Shown here one piece after another: positions 55,967 to 64,000 of a DNA stretch of 64,000 nt; positions within the stretch are counted from its first letter, which is position 1, and every line of letters begins with the position of its first letter. Below the pieces are notes generated by a model, which had not been told where the DNA came from, did not search any database, and saw only the letters and a list, made by a program, of their open reading frames with translations. Both the position numbers and the translations under genes were made by a program. The stretch comes from Thermodesulfobacteriota bacterium. Its GTDB lineage: Bacteria > Desulfobacterota > Desulfarculia > Adiutricales > JAGVGV01. The stretch lies in NCBI GenBank assembly GCA_040755515.1, contig JBFMAW010000023.1:39383-103382 (forward strand), in the 5' to 3' direction.

Positions 55967-56491
55967 ATGAAAAAGTACATGATTCTTTTCGTGGTGGGTA
56001 AAGACAGGCCCGGCATCGTGGACGACGTCTCCACCATGCTCTTCGAACGCGGGGCCAACATCGAAGACAGCCGCATGGCCACTTTGGGCGGGTGCTTTTC
56101 CATCATGGTGCTGATCTCCTGTCCCGAGGAGAAGGCCGTGGAAGTCAGAAGGGGCCTGGAGGTACTGTCAGGCCTGGGCTTCGACGCCTATCTTCACGAA
56201 GCCGCCGATCCGGTTTCGGTCCCCAGGCAGGTGGAAATACCCATGTCACTTGAAATCAGAGCCATGGATCATCCGGGCATAGTCCAAAAGGTGGTCCGCC
56301 TCCTGCGCCGCCGCAACGTTAACATTGAGAGCCTGGACACCCACGTGACCAGCGCCCCCTGGTCCGGCGCGCCGCTCTTCAACCTGCGGCTGTCCGCCGG
56401 CGTGCCGGCCGGCCAGTCCATCATGAAGATCAAGGAGGAACTGACGGCCTTGGCCGCGGAGATGAACCTGGACTTGAGTTTCGGACGATAG
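55967..56491 (+). CDS. Tandem-ACT-domain protein, GcvR-like (glycine cleavage system regulatory protein homolog)
   Basis: 174 aa with two ACT domains (MKKYMILFVVGKDRPGIVDDVSTMLFERGANIEDSRM… and …IRAMDHPGIVQKVVRLLRRRNVNIESLD…). The architecture matches the E. coli GcvR/YbeD class. Confidence 0.65.
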   Translation: MKKYMILFVVGKDRPGIVDDVSTMLFERGANIEDSRMATLGGCFSIMVLISCPEEKAVEVRRGLEVLSGLGFDAYLHEAADPVSVPRQVEIPMSLEIRAMDHPGIVQKVVRLLRRRNVNIESLDTHVTSAPWSGAPLFNLRLSAGVPAGQSIMKIKEELTALAAEMNLDLSFGR

Positions 56492-56534
56492 CCGGCGCCC
56501 CGCGGCAGGACGCGGAAATCCTTCCCGGCGCCGG

Positions 56535-56709
56535 CGTATCGAGGAAAACCGGCTTCCCAACTTCTCGCCTCGCTGCTACGTCATGGACACCGGCAACGTC
56601 ACTCTTGCCGGGCGTTCCTCGGACCTGTTGAACGATCCCGAGGTGAAACGGGTGTACCTGGGGGGTAAGAATATCAGCCACGAAGGGCACGAAGAACACG
56701 AAGGTTTAT
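56535..56709 (+). pseudogene. 3'-terminal remnant (~55 codons) of a livF-like branched-chain amino-acid ABC transporter ATPase gene
   Basis: Translation …IEENRLPNFSPRCYVMDTGNVTLAGRSSDLLNDPEVKRVYLGGKNISHEGHEEHEGL* aligns with the C-terminus of the intact LivF in this window (…VEQNALMALQVASRGYVLQSGRIVLHDSTDNLSENEMVRKAYLGES). No upstream ABC domain is present. Confidence 0.5.
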
Positions 56710-56943
56710 GAGGTAATTGCAAAACCCCAGCGTCTCTGTGGATTTCCGATTTTTCACCCAGACCAAAACCGTGACGTCGCGATGGTTCGATGATCCCGCC
56801 ATCGGCCAAAGCCCCTGACGCCACCCTGCACTCCATACAATGAAGGCAGGGGCGCACCAAGCTTAAAACGGAATGGGGCGCGATCCGACCGCCCAATCCG
56901 ACCGCCTCATAAAGCTCACCGCATTCGGAAGATGCTTTACTCA

Positions 56944-56987
56944 TCGGTCAACTCATGTGCTACCTAATTCGGTCAGATCATGTGCTA
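56944..56987. repeat. Two 19-bp direct repeats (TCGGTCAACTCATGTGCTA / TCGGTCAGATCATGTGCTA, 25-bp period) in the AT-rich non-coding region
   Basis: 17/19 identity between copies; each contains CATGTG. Candidate regulator-binding iteron or recombination scar. Confidence 0.5.
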
Positions 56988-57121
56988 GCGACATTATCCC
57001 CTAAAATGTCTTGACTTAAGGGTCGCACTACAGTAATTTGGGACAAAGGCAAATTATGAGATTTATGAGGAGGTAGAGAAGAATTTTAGCGAGTAAAGTG
57101 GGATAACCCCTTTTTTTCTTC

Positions 57122-57151
57122 TTGACATGAAATTTTCATTTGTTATATATT
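57122..57151 (+). promoter_or_regulatory. Candidate sigma70 promoter (TTGACA-17-ATATAT), giving a ~450-nt leader upstream of livJ
   Basis: Perfect -35 TTGACA at 57122-27, a 17-nt spacer and an AT-rich -10 at 57145-51. Downstream ORFs up to livJ look spurious. Confidence 0.4.
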
Positions 57152-57610
57152 TTATAGATTCTAAAGTGAGTTCTTATTATTTCATCTAAATCGGGAAATA
57201 AGGAGCCTAGAGGGAACGGCGCCAAGCACTTCATACCCGCCGCTCCGCAACAGGGAAAGCAATTTACAGTGTGGGTGGGCTTGCGGGGAGGAGATCTCCA
57301 GGTTGTAGCGACCGACATCCCCATCTTGTTCCCCGGCGACATGATCGGAGGGAGCCAAAAGAGGAGATTACGCGCTTGAACGCGCTGGACGAGTGATTGG
57401 CCAATGGACTACGTGAGGCATATGACTCGGACGCCGTAAAGGAGGTATGTCCTGTCATTAGAAAGGGAGGAATGAGCCATCGAAAATCCTCCGCCGGGGT
57501 ATGCGAAGCTGCGACCATACCACTGTTATTGACCGAGGCAAGGGATCGGCTCCCAAATCGAGTTTCGGTATGTTTAAATCTCCATAAAAACTTCGAAGGA
57601 GGGTCTTGCA

Positions 57611-58867
57611 ATGAAAAAGCTTCGTATCATTTCCCTTATTGTTTTAGGCGGTCTGTTCATTGTTCTAGCAGCCCATCCGGCTGCGGCTCAAACAAAGGTC
57701 ATCAAGGTCTATCAGAGTTGGCCGTTACAGGGGGCCATGATCCCCGAAGGCAAGGCCATGCTGAATGCCGCCCAGATGGCGTTGGACGAGGTAAAAGGGC
57801 AGGTTGCCGGCTACAAGATTGAGTTGGTTTTCCTGGATGATGCCTCTCCGACCACCGGCTCGTGGGACGGCACGATCGAAGCGAACAACGCGCAAAAAGC
57901 CATCGCCGACCCACAATGCCTCGTCTACTTCGGCACCTACAACTCCGGCGCCGCCAAGGTCTCCATGCCCCTGACCAACGAGGCCGGCATGGCGCAGATC
58001 ACCCCGGCGAACAGTTATCCCGGCTTGACCAAACCCGGCTATGCCCCCGGTGAACCGGGTATCTACCGTCCGACGGGCAAGGTCAACTACTTCCGCACGT
58101 TCGGCGCGGATGATTTCCAGGGCGCCTCCGGTGCGGCCTGGGCGAAATGCCTCGGCTTCAAGAAGGTTTACATCCTTGATGACCGCCAGCTTTACGGCAA
58201 GGGCATAGCCGATGTTTTCGAGAAGAGCGCCAAGCAACTCGGGCTGCAAGTCGCCGCCCACGACGGCATCGAGTCCGTGAACATAGACTTTCGCGCGCTG
58301 CTCACCAAGGTCAAGGCCTCCGGTGCGGACCTCGTCTACTTCGGCGGGTTGGTGGATTCCGGCGGTCCCCAGATCGCGCAGCAATTGGACGCCCTGGGAT
58401 TGTTCAAGGCAGGCGCCAAACTGCTCTCCGATGACGCCATGTATTCAGACGCCGTTCCCAAGGCGGTCAGCCCCAACGTTCTCAACGGCAACCTGTACGT
58501 GACCTTCGCCAGCCCGGCTTTGGACCAACTGCCGACCGACGTGGGCAAGAACTTTTACAAGAACTACAAGGCCAAGTTCGGCGGGGAACCCATCGGGTGG
58601 TCCATTTACTCTTACAACGCCATGTTGGTGATCCTGGATTCGATCAAGAGGGCTGCGCCAATGCTCGATAAGGCCGCTGACGTCAAGGCCAAGCGCGCCG
58701 CGGTCCTCGAGGCAATGCGCGCCACCAAGGACCTGGATGGCGTCTCCGGCAAGATCACCTTCGACCAAAACGGCGATCCGACGACCTACCTGATGTCCGG
58801 CTTTTTGTTCAAAGACGGCAAGTACGTCTGGCAGCGGAATATCAGCGGCGACATGACCTGCAAGTAG
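57611..58867 (+). CDS. livJ: Branched-chain amino-acid ABC transporter substrate-binding protein (LivJ/LivK family)
   Basis: Signal peptide plus type-I periplasmic binding protein features (…VIKVYQSWPLQG…VKGQVAGYKIELVFLDDAS…). Confidence 0.85.
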   Translation: MKKLRIISLIVLGGLFIVLAAHPAAAQTKVIKVYQSWPLQGAMIPEGKAMLNAAQMALDEVKGQVAGYKIELVFLDDASPTTGSWDGTIEANNAQKAIADPQCLVYFGTYNSGAAKVSMPLTNEAGMAQITPANSYPGLTKPGYAPGEPGIYRPTGKVNYFRTFGADDFQGASGAAWAKCLGFKKVYILDDRQLYGKGIADVFEKSAKQLGLQVAAHDGIESVNIDFRALLTKVKASGADLVYFGGLVDSGGPQIAQQLDALGLFKAGAKLLSDDAMYSDAVPKAVSPNVLNGNLYVTFASPALDQLPTDVGKNFYKNYKAKFGGEPIGWSIYSYNAMLVILDSIKRAAPMLDKAADVKAKRAAVLEAMRATKDLDGVSGKITFDQNGDPTTYLMSGFLFKDGKYVWQRNISGDMTCK

Positions 58868-59033
58868 CATTCGCGGAATCTCGTCTTACCCTGGCGATCG
58901 GATTTTTTCGTCGCCAGGGTAAGTTTTTGGACCGCGGCGGTTAAACGCATTTTCGCCTATATCATCAGCCGTTGGCGCATGTGCGCGGTGTTGAAAAGAT
59001 CCTCAGATTACCCGATGAGGGGGATGGGGTTAG

Positions 59034-59972
59034 ATGACCGAGACTGAGCTTTTCATGCAGCTCCTTATCAACGGGGTCACGATCGGCTCTTACCTGGCCT
59101 TGATCGCCTTGGGCTACACCATGGTGTACGGCATCATCGAGCTGATCAATTTCGCCCACGGCGACATCTACATGTTGGGTTTCCTGATCTCGCTGACCTT
59201 CCTGGGGTTTCTCGATGTCAACTCGACCCTGGGAGGCTGGTACCTGTGGGTCATTATCTTCGGGGTGATGTTCGTGACCATGATCTGCACGGGAACGATC
59301 AACATGCTGATCGATCGCATCGGCTATAAACCGCTGCGCCGCGCCCCGCGCTTGGCCGCGCTCATCACGGCGGTCGGCATGTCCTTCATGTTGGAGAACT
59401 TGGCCATGATCTGGAGGGGACCCAGCCAGATCAATTATCCGAACATCTTCCCCACGATCGACATTCTGAACGATATGCTGGGAATGAAGACCGCCGTGCT
59501 CTTTACGACCAAGGACGTGTTTCTCATGGGCTTCACCGTGCCGTTGATGGTACTCTTGAGCCTGTTCATTCGGAAAACCAAGATGGGCAAGGCCATGCGG
59601 GCCACGGCCCAGGATCGCGAGGCGGCGGCGTTCATGGGCATCAACGTCGAGACGGTGATTCGCAACACGTTCTTTATCGGCGGCGCCCTCGCCGGTGCGG
59701 CCGGTATGGTGGTCGGCATTTACCTGAACACAGGCCGTTACCTGATGGGTTTTGACGCCGGCCTTCTGGCGTTCACCTCGGCGGTCTTGGGAGGCATTGG
59801 CAATATCGGTGGTGCGGTGTTGGGCGGCTACGTCATCGGTTTTCTCAACGCCTTCAGCGATCAATATTTATCCTCGGAATGGACGCGTGCCCTGGTCTTT
59901 ACGATACTCATCCTGGTGCTGGTCTTCAAACCATCCGGGCTCCTGGGCATTCGCACACAGGAGAGAGACTGA
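59034..59972 (+). CDS. livH: Branched-chain amino-acid ABC transporter permease
   Basis: …LLINGVTIGSYLALIALGYTMVYGIIELINFAHGDIYMLG… canonical LivH. Confidence 0.9.
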   Translation: MTETELFMQLLINGVTIGSYLALIALGYTMVYGIIELINFAHGDIYMLGFLISLTFLGFLDVNSTLGGWYLWVIIFGVMFVTMICTGTINMLIDRIGYKPLRRAPRLAALITAVGMSFMLENLAMIWRGPSQINYPNIFPTIDILNDMLGMKTAVLFTTKDVFLMGFTVPLMVLLSLFIRKTKMGKAMRATAQDREAAAFMGINVETVIRNTFFIGGALAGAAGMVVGIYLNTGRYLMGFDAGLLAFTSAVLGGIGNIGGAVLGGYVIGFLNAFSDQYLSSEWTRALVFTILILVLVFKPSGLLGIRTQERD

Positions 59973-59982
59973 GCGGGGGGCT

Positions 59983-61131
59983 ATGGCTGAACTCTGGCAT
60001 TCGTTGACTGGTCCCTGGCGGGCACTGCCAGTTCGGCAGCGCCAGATCCTCACCTGGTCCTGCTCGATTCTTCTGCTCCTGACATTTCCCCTGTTGGACA
60101 AGGCGTTCAGATGGGGAATCGTCAATGATGTCACAGACGTGCTGGTCCTGGTGATCCTGGCTCTCGGCCTGAACATCGTCGTCGGCTATGCCGGTCTTCT
60201 CGACCTGGGTTACGCCGCGTTCTTTGCGATCGGCGCCTATACCACGGGGGTCCTCACCTGGCCTGGGCATCCCTTGCAATGGAATTTTTGGATCGTTATC
60301 TGGGCCGCCGTGATTGTCGCCGCGTTTTGCGGCATCATCATCGGTACCCCAACATTGCGCCTGCGCGGCGACTATCTCGCCATCGTTACGCTGGCTTTCG
60401 GCGAAATCGTGCCCGTCGTCATGCGCAATTTGGGCAGTGTGTCGATCGGCATCGGGCCCTGGCGGCTGGTCAGCGACTTCAACTTGACCAACGGGGTGCA
60501 GGGGCTGAACCCGGTCGGGCGGCCGTCGGTTTTTGGATTTACCTTCAGCTTCGACCCCACACCCTGGTATTACCTGATCTTGATTATCGCCGCCCTCGTC
60601 ATTTTCGCGAACGTGCGCTTGCAGTATTCACGCCTGGGCAGGGCCTGGATGGCGCTGCGCGAGGACGAAACCGCCGCGGACTGCATGGGGGTTGACCCCA
60701 TTCGAACCAAACTCCTGGCTTTTGCCATCGGTGCCTCTTTCTCTGGGTTTGCGGGAGCGTTTTACGCGGCCAAACTGCAAGCGATCTTCCCGGAGTTGTT
60801 CAAGTTCAATTTGTCGATCATGATCCTGTGTATGGTCATTCTCGGCGGCATGGGCAACATCAAAGGGGTCGTGATCGGTGGCTTGATGCTCCAACTCTTT
60901 GACCGCGTCATCCTGACTCAGACCACTTTCTTTGTACGCTACGTCGGCCAGTCGCTTCACATTGCTCCGCTGGCAACGGTTGACCTCTCTTTGTGGCGGT
61001 GGTTCTTCTTTGGTTTGGCGATGGTGGTTGTTATGGTGCTCAAACCTGAAGGGCTCTTTCCCAGCGCCGTGCGGCGCGCTGAATTCCACGCGGCGGAAGA
61101 AGAAATGCCCCAGCCGGCCGAAAGAGGATAG
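59983..61131 (+). CDS. livM: Branched-chain amino-acid ABC transporter permease
   Basis: …VLVLVILALGLNIVVGYAGLLDLGYAAFFAIGAYT… canonical LivM. Start chosen at the internal ATG 10 nt after the livH stop. Confidence 0.85.
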   Translation: MAELWHSLTGPWRALPVRQRQILTWSCSILLLLTFPLLDKAFRWGIVNDVTDVLVLVILALGLNIVVGYAGLLDLGYAAFFAIGAYTTGVLTWPGHPLQWNFWIVIWAAVIVAAFCGIIIGTPTLRLRGDYLAIVTLAFGEIVPVVMRNLGSVSIGIGPWRLVSDFNLTNGVQGLNPVGRPSVFGFTFSFDPTPWYYLILIIAALVIFANVRLQYSRLGRAWMALREDETAADCMGVDPIRTKLLAFAIGASFSGFAGAFYAAKLQAIFPELFKFNLSIMILCMVILGGMGNIKGVVIGGLMLQLFDRVILTQTTFFVRYVGQSLHIAPLATVDLSLWRWFFFGLAMVVVMVLKPEGLFPSAVRRAEFHAAEEEMPQPAERG

Positions 61132-61145
61132 CGGAGGAGACGGCC

Positions 61146-61979
61146 ATGGCCTTGTTGGAAGCTCGAAGGATCAGCAAGCGATTTGGCGGCTTGACCGCGG
61201 TGTCTGAACTCGACCTCGATATCGAGAACGGCACGATCGCAAGTCTGATCGGCCCGAACGGCGCGGGCAAGACGACCTTTTTCAACATGGTCTCCGGCAT
61301 CTACAAGCCAACGTCCGGTCAGATGTTGCTCGATGGCAAGGAGATCGGCGGCCTGCGCCCCAATCGCGTTACTGCGCTGGGGCTGGGACGGACCTTCCAA
61401 AATATCCGTCTCTTCAGCAACATGACCGCCCTCGAGAATGTATTGGTCGGAATGAACTGCCGCCTGGAATCGACTTGGTACGGTGCACTGCTGCGAACGC
61501 GGTCCGTGGTGCAGGAGGAGGCCAATGCGCGCGGGCGCGCGCAGGAGCTCTTGGCGTATGTAGGCTTGGGTGGCAAGGCCGAGACCACCGCCAAGAACCT
61601 TCCTTACGGACTTCAGCGGCGGTTGGAGATCGCCCGGGCTCTGGCGTCCCAGCCGAAGCTCATGCTCCTGGACGAGCCTACCGCCGGCATGAACCCGCAG
61701 GAAACCGTCGACGCGATGGCGCTGATCAAGCGCGTGCGCGACGATTTGGGCATCACGATCCTACTGATCGAGCACGATATGAAAGTGGTGATGAGCATCT
61801 CGGAATTTATCACCGTTCTGGATTATGGCGCCAAGATCGCGGAAGGAACGCCGGATCAGGTGCGTACCAACCCGAAAGTCATCGAAGCCTACCTCGGCAA
61901 AGGGGTCGCCACCGGGATCAGGCGAGCAAAACGAAAGGTCGTGGCCCAAACAGAGAGCGAGGAAGATGGCGCTGCTTGA
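61146..61979 (+). CDS. livG: Branched-chain amino-acid ABC transporter ATP-binding protein
   Basis: Walker A GPNGAGKTT, ABC signature and Walker B LLLDEP. Confidence 0.9.
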   Translation: MALLEARRISKRFGGLTAVSELDLDIENGTIASLIGPNGAGKTTFFNMVSGIYKPTSGQMLLDGKEIGGLRPNRVTALGLGRTFQNIRLFSNMTALENVLVGMNCRLESTWYGALLRTRSVVQEEANARGRAQELLAYVGLGGKAETTAKNLPYGLQRRLEIARALASQPKLMLLDEPTAGMNPQETVDAMALIKRVRDDLGITILLIEHDMKVVMSISEFITVLDYGAKIAEGTPDQVRTNPKVIEAYLGKGVATGIRRAKRKVVAQTESEEDGAA

Positions 61980-62679
61980 ACTCCATAACGTCCACACATA
62001 TTACGGCAATATCCACGCCCTTAAAGGCATCTCGGTTACCGTCGACAAGGGCGAGGTCGTTACGCTCATCGGCTCGAACGGGGCCGGAAAAACGACCACA
62101 CTCAAGACGATCTCCGGCGTGCTGCGGCCCAAAGAGGGAACGATAACGCTCGATGGACGGCGGATAGACCGCGTCCCGGCCCACGACATCGTCGCAATCG
62201 GCATCTGCCAGGCGCCGGAAGGCCGCCGCATCTTCCCCCGGCTGACGACCCTCGAAAATCTGGAAATGGGTGCCTTCCACCGTGACGACAAGATCGGCAT
62301 CCAGCAAGACCTGGAGCGCGTGTTTGAGCTCTTTCCAAGGTTGAAAGAAAGACGGAGTCAGTTGGGCGGGACACTCTCCGGCGGAGAGCAGCAAATGCTG
62401 GCGATCGGACGCGCCCTGATGTCGCGTCCGAGTATCCTGCTTCTGGACGAGCCAAGTATGGGACTTTCGCCGGTTCTAGTCGAAGCGATTTTCCAGATCA
62501 TCCAAGACATTCACACGCAGGGCATTACGATCCTTTTGGTCGAACAGAACGCCCTCATGGCACTCCAGGTGGCGAGTCGGGGTTATGTGCTGCAGAGCGG
62601 ACGCATCGTGCTGCATGACAGCACAGATAATCTGAGCGAAAACGAGATGGTGCGCAAAGCATACTTGGGAGAATCATGA
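61966..62679 (+). CDS. livF: Branched-chain amino-acid ABC transporter ATP-binding protein
   Basis: MALLELHNVHTYYGNIHALKGISVTVDKGEVVTLIGSNGAGKTT… ; overlaps the livG stop by 14 nt. Confidence 0.9.
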   Translation: MALLELHNVHTYYGNIHALKGISVTVDKGEVVTLIGSNGAGKTTTLKTISGVLRPKEGTITLDGRRIDRVPAHDIVAIGICQAPEGRRIFPRLTTLENLEMGAFHRDDKIGIQQDLERVFELFPRLKERRSQLGGTLSGGEQQMLAIGRALMSRPSILLLDEPSMGLSPVLVEAIFQIIQDIHTQGITILLVEQNALMALQVASRGYVLQSGRIVLHDSTDNLSENEMVRKAYLGES

Positions 62680-62975
62680 CCGCGTGAGGCAATGACAGGC
62701 TATAAATGGAGTACACCTCACCCTGGCTGCCGGAGAAAAACTGGATAGGTCAATAGGCTCAGGCATCTTCCTCCTCCTTTTTATTTTATCATTCATCAGA
62801 GCGTCCAACTAGCACCTTTTTCCCTTTCATCTTGTCCAGATTGGACTGAAACATTATAGATGGCCGCACCTATAACTTTATGGACAAGGTCCTCCAATTC
62901 ATCGGTAAGTACGCTTTCGACCCTCAGCTTCATTCTTGCTTATAAGGAAAAAAAATTCCTTCGTGTTCTTCGTGG

Positions 62976-63968
62976 CTAAAATATCTTCTCCGGGACGAAG
63001 TCCGAGCTTCTGACCTCTTTCATGGTAATGGCCTCGGACGGACAGGTGACTTGGCAGAGGCCGCAGCCCAGGCATTTCTCCGCGGCCACCCTGGCCGACT
63101 CATCCTCGATGGCAATGGCCTTGAAGAAACAGCGGGTCAGGCAGGTCTCGCAGGCGGTGCACCTGTCCGGGTCCACTTCGGCCGCGAACCGGCTCGGCTC
63201 GATGACCTTGATGCCGTGCTCGATCAGGATGGGCATGGTCTGGCAGCAGCAGGCGCAGCAGTTGCAAATAAAGTGGTCCACGTCCCGCTTGTTGATCACC
63301 ACGTGAATGAGGCCGGCTTCCTCGCACTTCTTCATCAGGTCCAGGGTCTCCTCTTTAGTCAACTCCCGGCCCGTGCCGCGGTTAAGGGAATAGGCCGCGG
63401 CGTTGTTGATCTGGAGGCAGACTTGGAGCGGTTTGTCGCATTTGTGGGCGGTGAGGCGGCAGGTGCAATTGGTCACGGCCAGTTTCCAGGCCCGGGACAC
63501 GATCTCCTTGATGTCTTCGTAAGCCAGTATCTGGCTCCTGGCCGGCACGGTCACGCCCACCGGTATGATCCGGGTGAACGGCCGGGGCAGGAGTTGATTG
63601 TACGTCCTGGCCATCTCCGGCCATTCCACTTCCATCAGTTCCTGCCAGAGGTCGAGAAACTCCCGGGGGGCCTCCGGCCAGAGTATGGTGGCGTCATGGA
63701 ACTGGACGAAATCCCGGCAGAGCCGGTATGAAGGCGGACTGGTCTTGGAAGAAGGGAAGACCAGACCCTTGAGAAAAAGCTCCCGCAAGGACCGGGCAAC
63801 CTCTTCCTCCGGGCGTCCCAACTTCGCGGCCACGGCCGGGGCCTGGCCCGGCAGCGTCAATAGAATATCGGCTTCGGCCGGATCGGCCAGCATCTTGAAC
63901 AGTTTCGGCGCTCTTTCCGATTGGCCCAGCCCGATTCTTCGGGCCAACTCCAGGTACCGGGATGCCAT
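62976..63968 (-). CDS. Iron-sulfur cluster-binding protein (4Fe-4S dicluster domain plus CNCCACCC Cys-rich segment)
   Basis: C-terminal …CTACETCLTRC…CLGCGLCQVTCP… is ferredoxin-like, preceded by HFICNCCACCCQ. The N-terminal ~150 aa lacks a recognisable family. Confidence 0.65.
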   Translation of the reverse strand: MASRYLELARRIGLGQSERAPKLFKMLADPAEADILLTLPGQAPAVAAKLGRPEEEVARSLRELFLKGLVFPSSKTSPPSYRLCRDFVQFHDATILWPEAPREFLDLWQELMEVEWPEMARTYNQLLPRPFTRIIPVGVTVPARSQILAYEDIKEIVSRAWKLAVTNCTCRLTAHKCDKPLQVCLQINNAAAYSLNRGTGRELTKEETLDLMKKCEEAGLIHVVINKRDVDHFICNCCACCCQTMPILIEHGIKVIEPSRFAAEVDPDRCTACETCLTRCFFKAIAIEDESARVAAEKCLGCGLCQVTCPSEAITMKEVRSSDFVPEKIF

Positions 63969-64000
63969 AGGCCGCTCCTGACTGAAGACGCGGGATCGCC

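Noticed and set aside
56576-56944. 122-aa minus-strand ORF in the gcvR-livJ gap
   Set aside because: It has no RBS or homology. The plus strand of the same region carries the recognisable livF C-terminal remnant, and the rest is AT-rich non-coding DNA.
56944-56987. Possible CRISPR array
   Set aside because: There are only two 19-bp repeats with a 6-bp spacer. No further repeats or cas genes are present, so it is not a CRISPR.
57160-57610. T-box / riboswitch upstream of livJ
   Set aside because: I looked for the T-box AGGGUGGNACCGCG motif and for obvious riboswitch cores and found none. It is kept only as an unexplained long leader.
57264-57822. ORFs 57264-57611(-) and 57397-57822(+) upstream of or overlapping the livJ start
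   Set aside because: They have low-complexity translations and overlap the clear livJ signal peptide and start. They are more likely part of a long 5' leader.

Overview
High-GC (~60-65%) bacterial chromosomal segment, probably from an anaerobic or microaerophilic proteobacterium-like organism. It is gene dense on both strands with no rRNA or tRNA genes, no CRISPR array, and no transposases or integrases. Start coordinates marked 'approximate' were counted by hand and may be off by a few nt.

From left to right the window contains:
- **1-10.7 kb, orphan T6SS spike island (minus strand):** VgrG with a collagen-like C-terminal stalk, a giant DUF2169-coiled-coil-pentapeptide-repeat protein, a second pentapeptide-repeat protein, a DUF3540-like protein, a DUF4150 PAAR-like protein, and a signal-peptide-bearing beta-helix protein.
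- **10.9-18.4 kb:** Slt-type lytic transglycosylase, a ferredoxin, an HD-domain protein, two tandem PilZ paralogs, and a rrf2-cydA-cydB operon.
- **18.8-31.1 kb, exopolysaccharide locus:** nucleotide-sugar dehydrogenase, Wzz, UDP-GlcA epimerase and a secreted beta-helix protein. The locus is interrupted by a sharply AT-rich island (~25.1-29.7 kb). That island carries a Wzx flippase flanked by two ~70%-identical paralogs of an uncharacterised family with a PP-loop-like motif and a Cys-rich C-terminus.
- **31-43.7 kb:** flotillin, tctCBA, a split UxaA-type dehydratase, a LarA-like protein, PilT plus PilZ, threonine dehydratase, and a REC-PAS regulator.
- **44-52 kb:** ferredoxin plus tungsten-type aldehyde:ferredoxin oxidoreductase, a DapA-family lyase, a secreted/anchored Pcm, a membrane spermidine-synthase-like protein, and a secreted hydrolase.
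- **52.2-56.5 kb:** lrp-gcvH-gcvPA-gcvPB-gcvR.
- **56.5-62.7 kb:** a 3' remnant of a livF-like gene, a ~0.9 kb AT-rich non-coding region, and an intact livJHMGF operon with somewhat lower GC.
- **Window end:** an Fe-S protein.

The most interesting candidates are the VgrG-collagen/DUF2169/pentapeptide/DUF3540/PAAR module and the AT-rich glycan island with the duplicated unknown enzymes.
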